A model generated the notes under the pieces. That model did not search any database. It saw only the letters and a program-made list of their open reading frames with translations, and was not told the origin of the DNA. A stretch of DNA of 64,000 bases from an uncultured Candidatus Rokubacteria bacterium (lineage in GTDB: Bacteria > Methylomirabilota > Methylomirabilia > Rokubacteriales > CSP1-6), in contig CAVVEU010000020.1 of NCBI GenBank assembly GCA_963747235.1, positions 96,001 through 160,000 of the forward strand. Direction: 5' to 3'. Position 1 is the first letter of the stretch; each line of letters opens with the position of its first letter. Shown here piece by piece: positions 10,312-18,740 of the stretch. A program made the translations under genes and the position numbers.

Positions 10312-10872
10312 GTGCGAGAGGCGGAGGCAGGCGACGCGCCGCGCTTCCTGGACCGGCTTCGCGCCGGCGATGCCCCCGCCTTCGAGGAGCTGGTGATGAC
10401 GTACCAGCATCGCGTGTTCGGGGTGGCCCTTCGCATGCTGGGCAACCGGGCCGAGGCGGAAGAAGTGGCGCAGGAGGCCTTCGTCCGCGCCCATCGCGCG
10501 CTGGGCGACTTTCGCGGCGACGCCAAGCTCTCGACCTGGCTCTACGCCATCACCTCGCGACTCTGCCTGAACCGGCTCGCCTCCGGCGAGCGGCGCCTGA
10601 CGAGCCACGGCGAGGAGGCGCTGCTGCGGCTGTCCGACGCGGGCCCACGCCCGGACGCGGCGCTCGAGCGGAGCGAGCTCGAGACCGCGCTCGGGCGGGC
10701 CATCGCCGAGCTGCCGGAGGACCGGCGTATCGTGGTGGTGCTGCGCGACATCGAAGGCCTCTCCTACGAGGAGATCGCGCAGGTGCTGGAGCTGGAGCTC
10801 GGAACGGTGCGCTCCCGCCTGCACCGGGCGCGGGCGGACCTGAAGGAGAAGCTGGAGCGATTCCTGCCATGA
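10312..10872 (+). CDS. ECF RNA polymerase sigma-70 factor (RpoE/SigW-like)
   Basis: AEEVAQEAFVRA, FRGDAKLSTWLYAI (region 2), LRDIEGLSYEEIA...GTVRSRLHRAR (region 4). Confidence 0.95.
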   Translation: MREAEAGDAPRFLDRLRAGDAPAFEELVMTYQHRVFGVALRMLGNRAEAEEVAQEAFVRAHRALGDFRGDAKLSTWLYAITSRLCLNRLASGERRLTSHGEEALLRLSDAGPRPDAALERSELETALGRAIAELPEDRRIVVVLRDIEGLSYEEIAQVLELELGTVRSRLHRARADLKEKLERFLP

Positions 10873-11973
10873 CCTGTGACGAGACGCGCGACACGCTGTC
10901 GGCCTATCTCGACGAGGCGCTGGCCCCGGACGAGCGGAGCCTGGTCGCCGCGCACCTCCTGGGCTGTCCGGAGTGCCGGCGCGAGCTCGAGGCCCTCCGG
11001 GGCACGGTCGCGCTGCTCCAGCGCGTGGAGCCGGCGCGCGCGCCGGTGGGCTTCGTGGACCGCGTGGTGGCCGCGGCGCGGCCTCGACCGTGGTACCGGC
11101 GCGCGGCGGACGCGGTGCTCCTGCCGCTGTCGGTGAAGCTGCCGCTCGAGGCCGCCGCGGTGGTGATGGTGGGGCTGCTCGCGGTCTATCTCTTCGAGCG
11201 CTCGCCGGAGCTGCAGCGGGCCGCGCGCGAGGTGGCCCCGCAGCAGGAAGCGGCGGCGCCCGCGAAGGAGAAGGCGGTGGAGCCGCTCGCGGACAAGGCC
11301 GCGCCGTCTCCGGTCCCCGCCGCGCCCGTGCCCGCGGAGCGCCCTTCCCGAGCGGCCGGCGAGCGCGACCAACGCGCCGATGCGCCGTTATCGCGGGAGG
11401 CCGTCCCGCCGCCGGCGGCTTCTCCACCCGTCGTCGGGGCGCCACCGCCACCGGCTGCCCCCGCGCCGGCGACCGCTCCCCCGCCACCGGCCGCCTCGAC
11501 GCCGTCGGGCGCCCCGGTGCCTCTGCCGACCGCGGCGCCGCCACCCGAGATCAAGGCCCAGGCCAGGAAGGAGGCCGCGCCCAGCGAGAACGTGGCCGGC
11601 GCGGTCCGCTCCGAGGCCGAGAGCCGCCAGCGGGTGCTCCCGCCGAGTGCCACCGGGGACTCGGCCCGCGCGGCTCCGTCGGTATCGAAGCTGGCCGCCA
11701 AGCGCGTGCTGCCCTCGGCGGACGTCGTGGCCCGCGTAGGTGTGAAGGATCGCGATGCGGCGGAGCGTGAGCTCACGGTCCTCATCGCGCGCCTGGGCGG
11801 CAGCGTCACGCAGCGGCGGCGGGAGGACGAGGCCACCGTGGTGGAGGCCGTGATTCCGCAGCCGCGCTACGCGGAGTTCTCCGACAGCGTGGCGCGCATC
11901 GGCGCCTGGCAGGTCGAGGCCGAGCGCGCCGGATCTCCCGGCCCAGATCCACGTGATCCTGCGCCTGCAGTAG
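10869..11973 (+). CDS. Zinc-finger (zf-HC2/ZAS) membrane anti-sigma factor with Pro/Ala-rich linker and C-terminal globular domain
   Basis: MTCDETRDTLSAYLD...HLLGCPEC (HxxxCxxC), one TM helix; ATG overlaps the sigma stop; a probable indel near 11928 restores the ending ...PDLPAQIHVILRLQ* at 11973 (track ORF ends at 12005). Confidence 0.85.
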
Positions 11974-11977
11974 CCCC

Positions 11978-12005
11978 GGAACTTCTCCGGGTTCCCCCGG
12001 TCTAA
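11978..12005 (+). promoter_or_regulatory. Putative ECF (RpoE/AlgU-type) promoter for the DUF4139-like gene
   Basis: GGAACTT (11978-11984), 16 nt, TCTAA (12001-12005), about 40 nt before an ATG with a GGAGG RBS. Confidence 0.7.
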
Positions 12006-12044
12006 CCGGACAGCAACAGCCACCCGGTTCCTGGAGGATCACCG

Positions 12045-13463
12045 ATGAGAACGCTTCCGCAACGCCTGATCGCCTTCACCCTCGCCGGCCTGCTCGGCGC
12101 GGCCCCGATCGCCGGCGCGGCGCCGGTCAAGATCACCGCCGCCGAGCAGCGCGACGTCATGATCACGGTCTACAACGGCAATCTGGGCCTCGTGAAGGAT
12201 GTGCGCGAGGTCCGGCTCGACGCCGGGCTGATCGAGACCCACTTCATGGACGTGGCGGCCCAGATCGACCCCACCTCCGTGCTGCTCCGCTCCCTCACCG
12301 ACCCGACCGGGCTCAAGATCCTGGAGCAGAACTACGAGTACGACCTGCTCTCGAGCGAGAAGCTCATGGAGAAGTACGTGGGCCGGAAGGTGCGGCTCTA
12401 CCAGAGCAACGGCACCTTCCAGGAGGCCACCCTGCTCTCCACGCGCGGCCCGGTCTACGACATCAACGGCCAGATCCACATGGGGCACTTCGGCAGCGTG
12501 GTGCTGCCCGCGCTGCCCGAGAACCTGGTGTCGAAGCCGACGCTCGCCTGGCTGCTGCGCAACACGCGCCCGGCGCCCCAGCGGGTGGAGGCGTCCTATC
12601 TCACCGCCGGCATCAGCTGGAAGTCCGACTACGTGATGCTGATCAACGCGGCCGACTCCCGCGCGGACCTCACCGGCTGGGTCACGATCAACAACCAGAG
12701 CGGGGCGACGTACCAGAACGCGGCCTTGAAGCTGGTGGCCGGCGACATCAACCGGGCCGCGAGCCGCGACGACTCGCGGCGGGCCATGGAGATGGCCGCG
12801 AAGGCGTCGTCTCCCGCGGTGGCCGACCGCGAGTTCAAGTCGGAGGGCTTCTTCGAGTACCACCTCTACACCCTCGACGGCCGCACCACCATCAAGGAGA
12901 GCCAGACCAAGCAGCTCACGCTCATGTCGGCGGCGGACTTCCCGGTGGACAAGCAGTTCATCTACTACGGCGCCGCGAACTACCACCGCACCCAGTACGG
13001 GGTGCCGATCTCGAACCAGAAGGTGGGCGTCTACCTCGACATCCGCAACACGAAGGAGAACCGTCTCGGCGTGCCCCTGCCCAAGGGCAAGGTGCGCGTG
13101 TACAAGGCGGACGCGTCGGGGAGCCAGCAGCTCATCGGCGAGGACTGGATCGACCACACGCCGAAGGACGAGCGGGTCCGGATCAAGATGGGCGAGGCCT
13201 TCGACCTGGTGGGCGAGCGCGTGCAGAAGGACTGGAAGAAGATCGGCGGCAATCTCTACGAGATCGAGTGGGAGATCACCCTCCGCAACCACAAGAAGGA
13301 GGCGGTCACCGTCGAGGTGATCGAGCCCATGCCGGGGGACTGGGAGATCCTGAGAAGCACCCATCCTCACGAGAAGCTCCAGGCCTTCACCGCCCGATGG
13401 AAGATCCCGGTGCCCAAGGAAGGCGCCACCACGCTCGGCTACCGCACCCGCGTCCGCTTCTAG
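12045..13463 (+). CDS. Exported DUF4139/DUF4140-domain protein
   Basis: Signal peptide; ITVYNGNLGLVKDVR, ILEQNYEYDLL, SYLTAGISWKSDY, WVTINNQSG, EYHLYTL, PLPKGKVRVY, IDHTPKDE. Confidence 0.85.
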   Translation: MRTLPQRLIAFTLAGLLGAAPIAGAAPVKITAAEQRDVMITVYNGNLGLVKDVREVRLDAGLIETHFMDVAAQIDPTSVLLRSLTDPTGLKILEQNYEYDLLSSEKLMEKYVGRKVRLYQSNGTFQEATLLSTRGPVYDINGQIHMGHFGSVVLPALPENLVSKPTLAWLLRNTRPAPQRVEASYLTAGISWKSDYVMLINAADSRADLTGWVTINNQSGATYQNAALKLVAGDINRAASRDDSRRAMEMAAKASSPAVADREFKSEGFFEYHLYTLDGRTTIKESQTKQLTLMSAADFPVDKQFIYYGAANYHRTQYGVPISNQKVGVYLDIRNTKENRLGVPLPKGKVRVYKADASGSQQLIGEDWIDHTPKDERVRIKMGEAFDLVGERVQKDWKKIGGNLYEIEWEITLRNHKKEAVTVEVIEPMPGDWEILRSTHPHEKLQAFTARWKIPVPKEGATTLGYRTRVRF

Positions 13464-13488
13464 CCGGACGGCTTCCGGTTGACAGGCG

Positions 13489-13516
13489 CTGCGGCTTAGG
13501 TGACCCTAAGCCGCAG
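13489..13516. promoter_or_regulatory. Perfect 12-bp inverted repeat with a TTAGG-N4-CCTAA core (DtxR/MntR-type operator, or terminator)
   Basis: CTGCGGCTTAGG-TGAC-CCTAAGCCGCAG, just downstream of TTGACA (13479-13484) and 13 nt before the next ATG. Confidence 0.55.
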
Positions 13517-13529
13517 AGGCCTTTTCCCG

Positions 13530-14516
13530 ATGCCGACACGCGCGACGCTGATCACGCTGCTCCTGCTCCTCTCCGGGGCCACCGTGGCCCACGCCCAGGG
13601 CGACCAGCAGGCCCGCGGGCGGCAGGCGGTCCAGGGCATGGCGGGCTGCTACCTGGTGGACTACAGCTACGTCGAGGTCCAGGACCTCAAGCCCGGCTAC
13701 GTCCGGGATCCCCGCGTCTACGACGTCAACCGCGACAAGTCGGCGAAGGAGTGGATCGTCGCCGAGACGCTGTCGGCGAACCGGCTGCGCCTGCAGCGCA
13801 TCCTGTTCCTCAGCGATCTCGCCGGAAATGTCCGGGAAGACACGATGATCCGGCACCAGTCGGAGGACTGGGAGTACGACGCGGCCTCGCTCTACGATTT
13901 CGTCGCGCCACTGCACTGGCAGGCGCGCGATCTGCGGGCCACGCCCGGGCTCTGGACCCGGCGCGTGACCAACCTGGACGACGGGCTGCGCTACCAGTGC
14001 GCGGCGCGCTGGACCGAGGATCGCGCCTACCCCGAGTGGTCTTGCGCGAACTACGCGCCGATCCCGGGTCGCGAGACGCGCGACATGGGCCGGTCCGACT
14101 ACCAGACGCTCCAGCGCGGGACCCGCATCCTGGTGTACGGGGCGGCCCAGGGCGGGAGCTGGCTCGAGCGGCAGGACAACGTGAAGACCATTCACACCGA
14201 CAGCGGCCGCGTCCCGCTGGTGCGCGAGCTCGGCAAGAACTGGTACGTGCGGCTGCCCGACGCGGAGTGCGCCGGCGCGCGGACGTTCGCGGAGCGGCGC
14301 CGGGACTACTGGGCCCTGCTGCGGGAGACCTGGGACGGCCTCCTCGACGGCTCCGGCCCCTTCACCGAGCGCGCGCCGGCCGGGCGGCCGCCGCGCTTCG
14401 TGAAGATGTTCGAGGTCGAGGAGGACGCGATCGCCCAGAACCTCGCCGATCCCACGGTGCGCGAGGCCGTCCGCCAGCGCATCCTCGCGGTGATCGAGGA
14501 GTACCGCGCCCGCTGA
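13530..14516 (+). CDS. Exported DUF6607-like protein
   Basis: Signal peptide; AVQGMAGCYLVDY, HQSEDWEY, WTRRVTNLDDGLRY, APIPGRE, DYQTLQRGTR, WLERQDNVK resemble the DUF6607 pattern (family assignment from memory). Confidence 0.7.
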   Translation: MPTRATLITLLLLLSGATVAHAQGDQQARGRQAVQGMAGCYLVDYSYVEVQDLKPGYVRDPRVYDVNRDKSAKEWIVAETLSANRLRLQRILFLSDLAGNVREDTMIRHQSEDWEYDAASLYDFVAPLHWQARDLRATPGLWTRRVTNLDDGLRYQCAARWTEDRAYPEWSCANYAPIPGRETRDMGRSDYQTLQRGTRILVYGAAQGGSWLERQDNVKTIHTDSGRVPLVRELGKNWYVRLPDAECAGARTFAERRRDYWALLRETWDGLLDGSGPFTERAPAGRPPRFVKMFEVEEDAIAQNLADPTVREAVRQRILAVIEEYRAR

Positions 14517-14537
14517 AGGGCGCGGCCCTTTTCAGCG
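14511..14537. terminator. Hairpin between convergent genes, possible bidirectional terminator
   Basis: CGCTGAAGGG-CGCGG-CCCTTTTCAGCG spanning both stop codons. Confidence 0.35.
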
Positions 14538-15832
14538 CCCTTCGACCAGCAGCAGGTAGAGGTCGAGCAGGTTGGTGTTGGTCGGGCCGGTGACCACCAG
14601 GTCGCCCAGGGCCGCGAACAGCGGGTTCGAGTCGTTCCGGTCCAGCCGGGCCCGCGGATCGTCGCCGCGCGCCCGCGCGCGCTTCACGGTGGCGCCGTCC
14701 GCGATCGCCCCGGCCGCGTCGGTGGGCCCGTCGGTGCCGTCCGTGCCCGCGGCCAGCGACCACGACGCCGTCCACGCCGTCGAGCTCGAGCGCGGCGGCC
14801 AGCGCCAACTCCTGGCAGCGCCCGCCGCTGCCCGGCCCGCGCACGGTCACGGTGGTCTCGCCGCCCGCGATCACGCAGGCGGGCGGCGCCACGGGCCCCC
14901 GGCCGGCCTGGATCGTCGCGGGCCAGGCCGACGAAGCGTCCGCGCCACCTCCCGCGCCTCGCCCTCGAGCGCGCGCGTCAGCACGTGCGGGGCGTAGCCG
15001 AGCGCGCGCGCCTGCGCGGCCGCGGCCTCGACGACCAGGAGATTGTTGCCGATCACGGTGTTGGTCACGCCGCGGAAGACCGGGTCGTCGGGCTTCGGCG
15101 TCTCCGGGATCTCCCCGCGGGCTCCCGCGCTCGAGCCGCTCGACGATCGGCGGCGGGCGTCCGCGCGCGGAGCTCGAAGCGGTCGAGGATGGCGAGCGCC
15201 TCCGCGAAGGTGGACGCGTCGGGCGCGGTCGGGCCGGAGGCGATGACGTCGAGCGGATCGCCGATCACGTCGGAGAGCAGCAGCGCGTGCACGCGGGCGG
15301 GCGCCGCGGCCCGCGCGAGCTGGCCGCCCTTCAGCAGCGAGCAGTGCTTCCGCACCGCGTTGAGCTGGTTGATGTTGGCGCCGGCGGCGAGCAGGAGCCG
15401 CGTCATCGCCTGCTTGTCGGCCAGGGTGATGGGCGGCACCGGCGCGGGGTCAGCGCCGAGCCGCCGCCCGAGACGAGGACCAGCAGCAGATCGTCGGCCC
15501 CGGCGGACTCGGCGAGCGCGCGGATCTCGCGCGCGGCCGCGGCCTCGCCGCGCTCGTCGGGGACCGGGTGCCCGGCCTCGACCAGGCGGACGCGGGCGTG
15601 TCGGGCGAGATAGCCGTCCTTGACCACCACGAGGCCGTCGGCGATCCGGTCGCCGAGCGCGTCCTCGACGGCGGCGGCCATGGCGCCCGAGGCCTTCCCC
15701 GCCCCCACCACGAGCACGCGGCCGCGCGGCGGCCAGGCGCACGTCGGCGAGGGCGCGGCGGACCAGCGGATGAACGTCGGCGGCGCGCAGCGCGGCGTCG
15801 AAGATCGAGCGCGCGGCCTCGCGGAGGCTCAC
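14532..15832 (-). CDS. Glycerate 2-kinase (MOFRL/TtuD family), several frameshifts
   Basis: Fragments in successive frames: GAGKASGAMA, EAGHPVPD, LVSGGGSAL, NAVRKHCSLLKGGQLA, SDVIGDPLDVIASGPT, AGGETTV, GGRCQELAL, GTDG, TGPTNTNLLDL. Confidence 0.85.
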
Positions 15833-16999
15833 CGCGAGAGCTTCTGCAGCCGGCGGCCCGCCTCGATCAGCATGTCGTCCGTCTTGGGGAAGCAGAAGCG
15901 GATCTTGGTCCGGCCCAGCTCCGCGTGCGCGTAGAAGGACGAGCCCGGCACCGTCGCCACGCCGATCTCCCGGATCAGGTACATGCGCGAACTCGTGGTC
16001 GTCGCGGCAGTCGAACTCGCTTCAGGAAGTGCTCGACGTCGGTCAGGATGTAGTAGGCGCCCCGGGGCTTGTAGGCCACGAAGCCCGCCTCCTCCACCTT
16101 GCCCGAAGCAGCAGATCGCGCCGGGCCTGGTAGCTCTCGCGCAGGTAGACGTAGTACGAGTCGGGCAGGTTGAGCGCGGTCACCGCCGCTTCCTGGAGCG
16201 GGTGCGGCGCGCCCACCGTGATGAAGTCGTGCGCCCGCCGGATGCCGAGCGACAGCTCGGGGCTGGCCACCGCGTAGCCGACCCGCCAGCCGGTGACCGA
16301 GTAGGACTTCGAGATGCCCGAGATGGTGATGGTGCGGTCGGCCATGCCGGGCAGCGTCGCGATCGGGAGTGTGCGCCGAGCCCGTCGTAGATGATGTGCT
16401 CGTAGATCTCGTCGGTGATCGCGAGCAGGTCGTGCTCGATGCAGAGATCGGCGATGACCTGGAGCTCCGCGCGGGAGAACACCTTGCCGGAGGGGTTGTT
16501 CGGGCTGTTGAAGACGATGGCGCGGGTGCGCGGGACGACCGCCCGGCGCGAGCCGGTCGGGATCGAACGAGAAGTCCGGCGGCTCGAGCGGCACGTAGAC
16601 CGGCTCCGCGCCTGCGATGATGCAGCCCGGCCCGTAGTTCTCGTAGAAGGGCTCGAAGATGATGACCTCGTCGCCGGGGTTGAGCACCGCCAGCAGGGTG
16701 GCCAGCATGGTCTCGGTGGAGCCGCAGCAGACCGTGACGTTGCGGTCGGCCTCGACGTCCATGCCGTAGAACTTCCGGTACTTCTCCGCGATGGCGCGCC
16801 GGAGCGACGGCGTGCCCCACGTGATCGCGTACTGGTGGAAGTCGCCGTCGATGGCGCGGTGGGCCGCCTCGATCAGCTCCCGCGGCGGCGGGAAGTTCGG
16901 CATGCCCTGGGCGAGGTTGATGCCGTCGTACTGGTTGTTGACCCGGGTCATCTCCCGGATGACCGACTCGGTGAAGCCCTGGACGCGCTTGGAGATCAT
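15829..16999 (-). CDS. PLP-dependent aminotransferase class I/II, frameshifted
   Basis: FTESVIREMTR, INLAQGMP, FEPFYENYGP, ITDEIYEHI, SGISKSYSVTGWRVGY (PLP lysine), VPGSSF, RFCFPK. Confidence 0.88.
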
Positions 17000-17025
17000 G
17001 CGGCGCGGGAGCGGGTCGCGTCGGG

Positions 17026-17307
17026 TTACCGGCCGCCCGCGATGGCCGGGACGATGGAGACCTCGTCGCCCTGCTTGAGCGTGGTGGTCGCGCCCTGCAG
17101 GAACCGGATGTCTTCCTGGTTGACGTAGATGTTGATGAAGCGGCGGAGCTCGCCGCCGTCCTCGACCAGGCGCTCCTTGAGCCCGGGAAACTGGCGCTCC
17201 AGGATCCTCGATGAGATCGGTGACGTTGTCGCCGCGTCGGCCTGGACCTCGGCCGCGCCCTTCGTGAGGGTGCGGAGCGGTGTGGGAATGCGGACCAGAA
17301 CGGCCAT
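17026..17307 (-). CDS. MoaD/ThiS/CysO family ubiquitin-like sulfur carrier
   Basis: VRIPTPLRTLT...RRFINIYVNQEDIRFL...GDEVSIVPAIAGGR; the internal segment looks scrambled by compensating indels. Confidence 0.9.
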   Translation of the reverse strand: MAVLVRIPTPLRTLTKGAAEVQADAATTSPISSRILERQFPGLKERLVEDGGELRRFINIYVNQEDIRFLQGATTTLKQGDEVSIVPAIAGGR

Positions 17308-17329
17308 GTGAGGGTCTCCTTCGTCCGGG

Positions 17330-18589
17330 CTACGTCCCGGTCTTGGACTTGAGATCGGCCAGCGCCCGGTCGAACACGGTGAGCGAGGGCTGGATGGTCA
17401 CGTCACTGTGCAGCCGGTCGTGCAGCACGTCGGGTGTCTTCAAGCCGTTGCCCGGTGACGCACATGACGATGGGCTCGTCGCGGGGGATGCGTCCGGCCT
17501 CGATGAGCTTGCGGGTCGCCGCCACCGTCACGCCGCCCGCGGTCTCCGCGAAGATGCCCTCGGTGCGGGCCAGCAGGCGCATGCCCTCGATGATCTCCTC
17601 GTCGGTGGCGTGCTCGCCGTAGCCGCCCGAGTCCTTCACCGCGCGGTAGGCATAGTACCCGTCGGCCGGGTTGCCGATCGCGAGCGACTTGCAGATGGTC
17701 TGGGGCCGCACCGGCACCAGCACGTCGGTGTCGTTCTTGATCATGGTGACGATGGGCCCGCAGCCGGCGGCCTGCGCCGCGTACATGCGGGTGCGGCTCT
17801 CGGGGATCAGCCCGAGCATGGCCAGCTCCTGCATCGCCTTGGCGATCTTGGTGAGGAGCGAGCCGCCCGCGCAGGGCACCACCACGTGGGCGGGGGCGCG
17901 CCAGCCGAGCTGCTCGGCGATCTCGTACCCGTACGTCTTCGAGCCCTCCGCGTAGTACGGCCGGAGGTTGATGTTCACGAAGGCCCAGTGGTAGCGGTCC
18001 CCGACCTCGGCGCAGAGGCGGTTGACCTCGTCGTAGGTCCCCCGCACCTCGATGACGGTGGGGTCGTAGATCAGCGTCGCGATGACCTTGCCCTGCTCGA
18101 GATCGGCCGGGATGAAGATGTAGGAGGCCAGGCGCGCCTCCGCGGCGTGGGCCGCCACCGAGTTGGCGAGGTTGCCGGTGGAGGCGCAGGCGACGGTGTC
18201 GAAGCCGAACTCCCGGGCCTTGCCGATCGCCATCGCGACCACGCGATCCTTGAACGAGCAGGTCGGGTGGCGAGACCGCGTCGTTCTTGACGTAGAGCTC
18301 CTTCACGCCCCACTCCGTCGGCCAGGTTGCGCGCGCGCACCAGCGGGGTGAAGCCCACCGCGGCGCCGATGGGCGGCTCACCGTCCACCAGATCGAGCGG
18401 CAGCAGATCGGCGTAGCGCCAGATCGACTGGGGGCCGGCCTCGATGCGCGCGCGGCTGATGCGCGCGCGGATCACCTCGTAGTCGTAGTCGACCTCGAGG
18501 GGACCGAAGCAGAACTCGCAGACGTGAGACGGGGAGGAAGGGTAGCCGCGGCCACACTCCCGGCACTTCAAGCCCTTCAATCTGTCCAA
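17330..18589 (-). CDS. thrC: Threonine synthase-like PLP enzyme (fold type II), frameshifted
   Basis: N-terminal CRECG...CEFCFGPL zinc ribbon, SFKDR, ASTGNLA, NLRPYYAEGSKT, SLAIGNPADG, EGIFAETAGG, GNGLKT; TTG start with GGAGAGG RBS. Confidence 0.85.
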
Positions 18590-18716
18590 TGGCCTCTCCA
18601 ATCGGTAGGGGATTTGAGCCCCGGAATGAGCTGCACGATCCGGGTTGGCCGTCCCGGATCACCGACCAAGCGACAACGATTTCGTTTACTTAACACTCCA
18701 CGCCGCGGATTGTCAA
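18590..18716 (-). promoter_or_regulatory. Promoter (TTGACA at 18716-18711) plus a structured 5' leader of about 90 nt
   Basis: Three nested stems (see findings) ending at the Shine-Dalgarno sequence of the thrC-like gene. Confidence 0.4.
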
Positions 18717-18740
18717 CGCGATGCCGTATCATCGCCATCC

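Noticed and set aside
11380-11560. Repetitive CCG/GCC-rich tract (also 31180-31260)
   Set aside because: Encodes the Pro/Ala linker of the anti-sigma and the Gly tail of the RRM protein; not a DNA repeat array or CRISPR.
18600-18680. Canonical SAM-I/SAM-IV riboswitch
   Set aside because: GGCCAACC and CUCAAAUCC only loosely resemble the GGCAACC and GUGCnAAUUCC cores, and the AUC...GAU P1 signature is not in the right arrangement; kept only as an unclassified leader.
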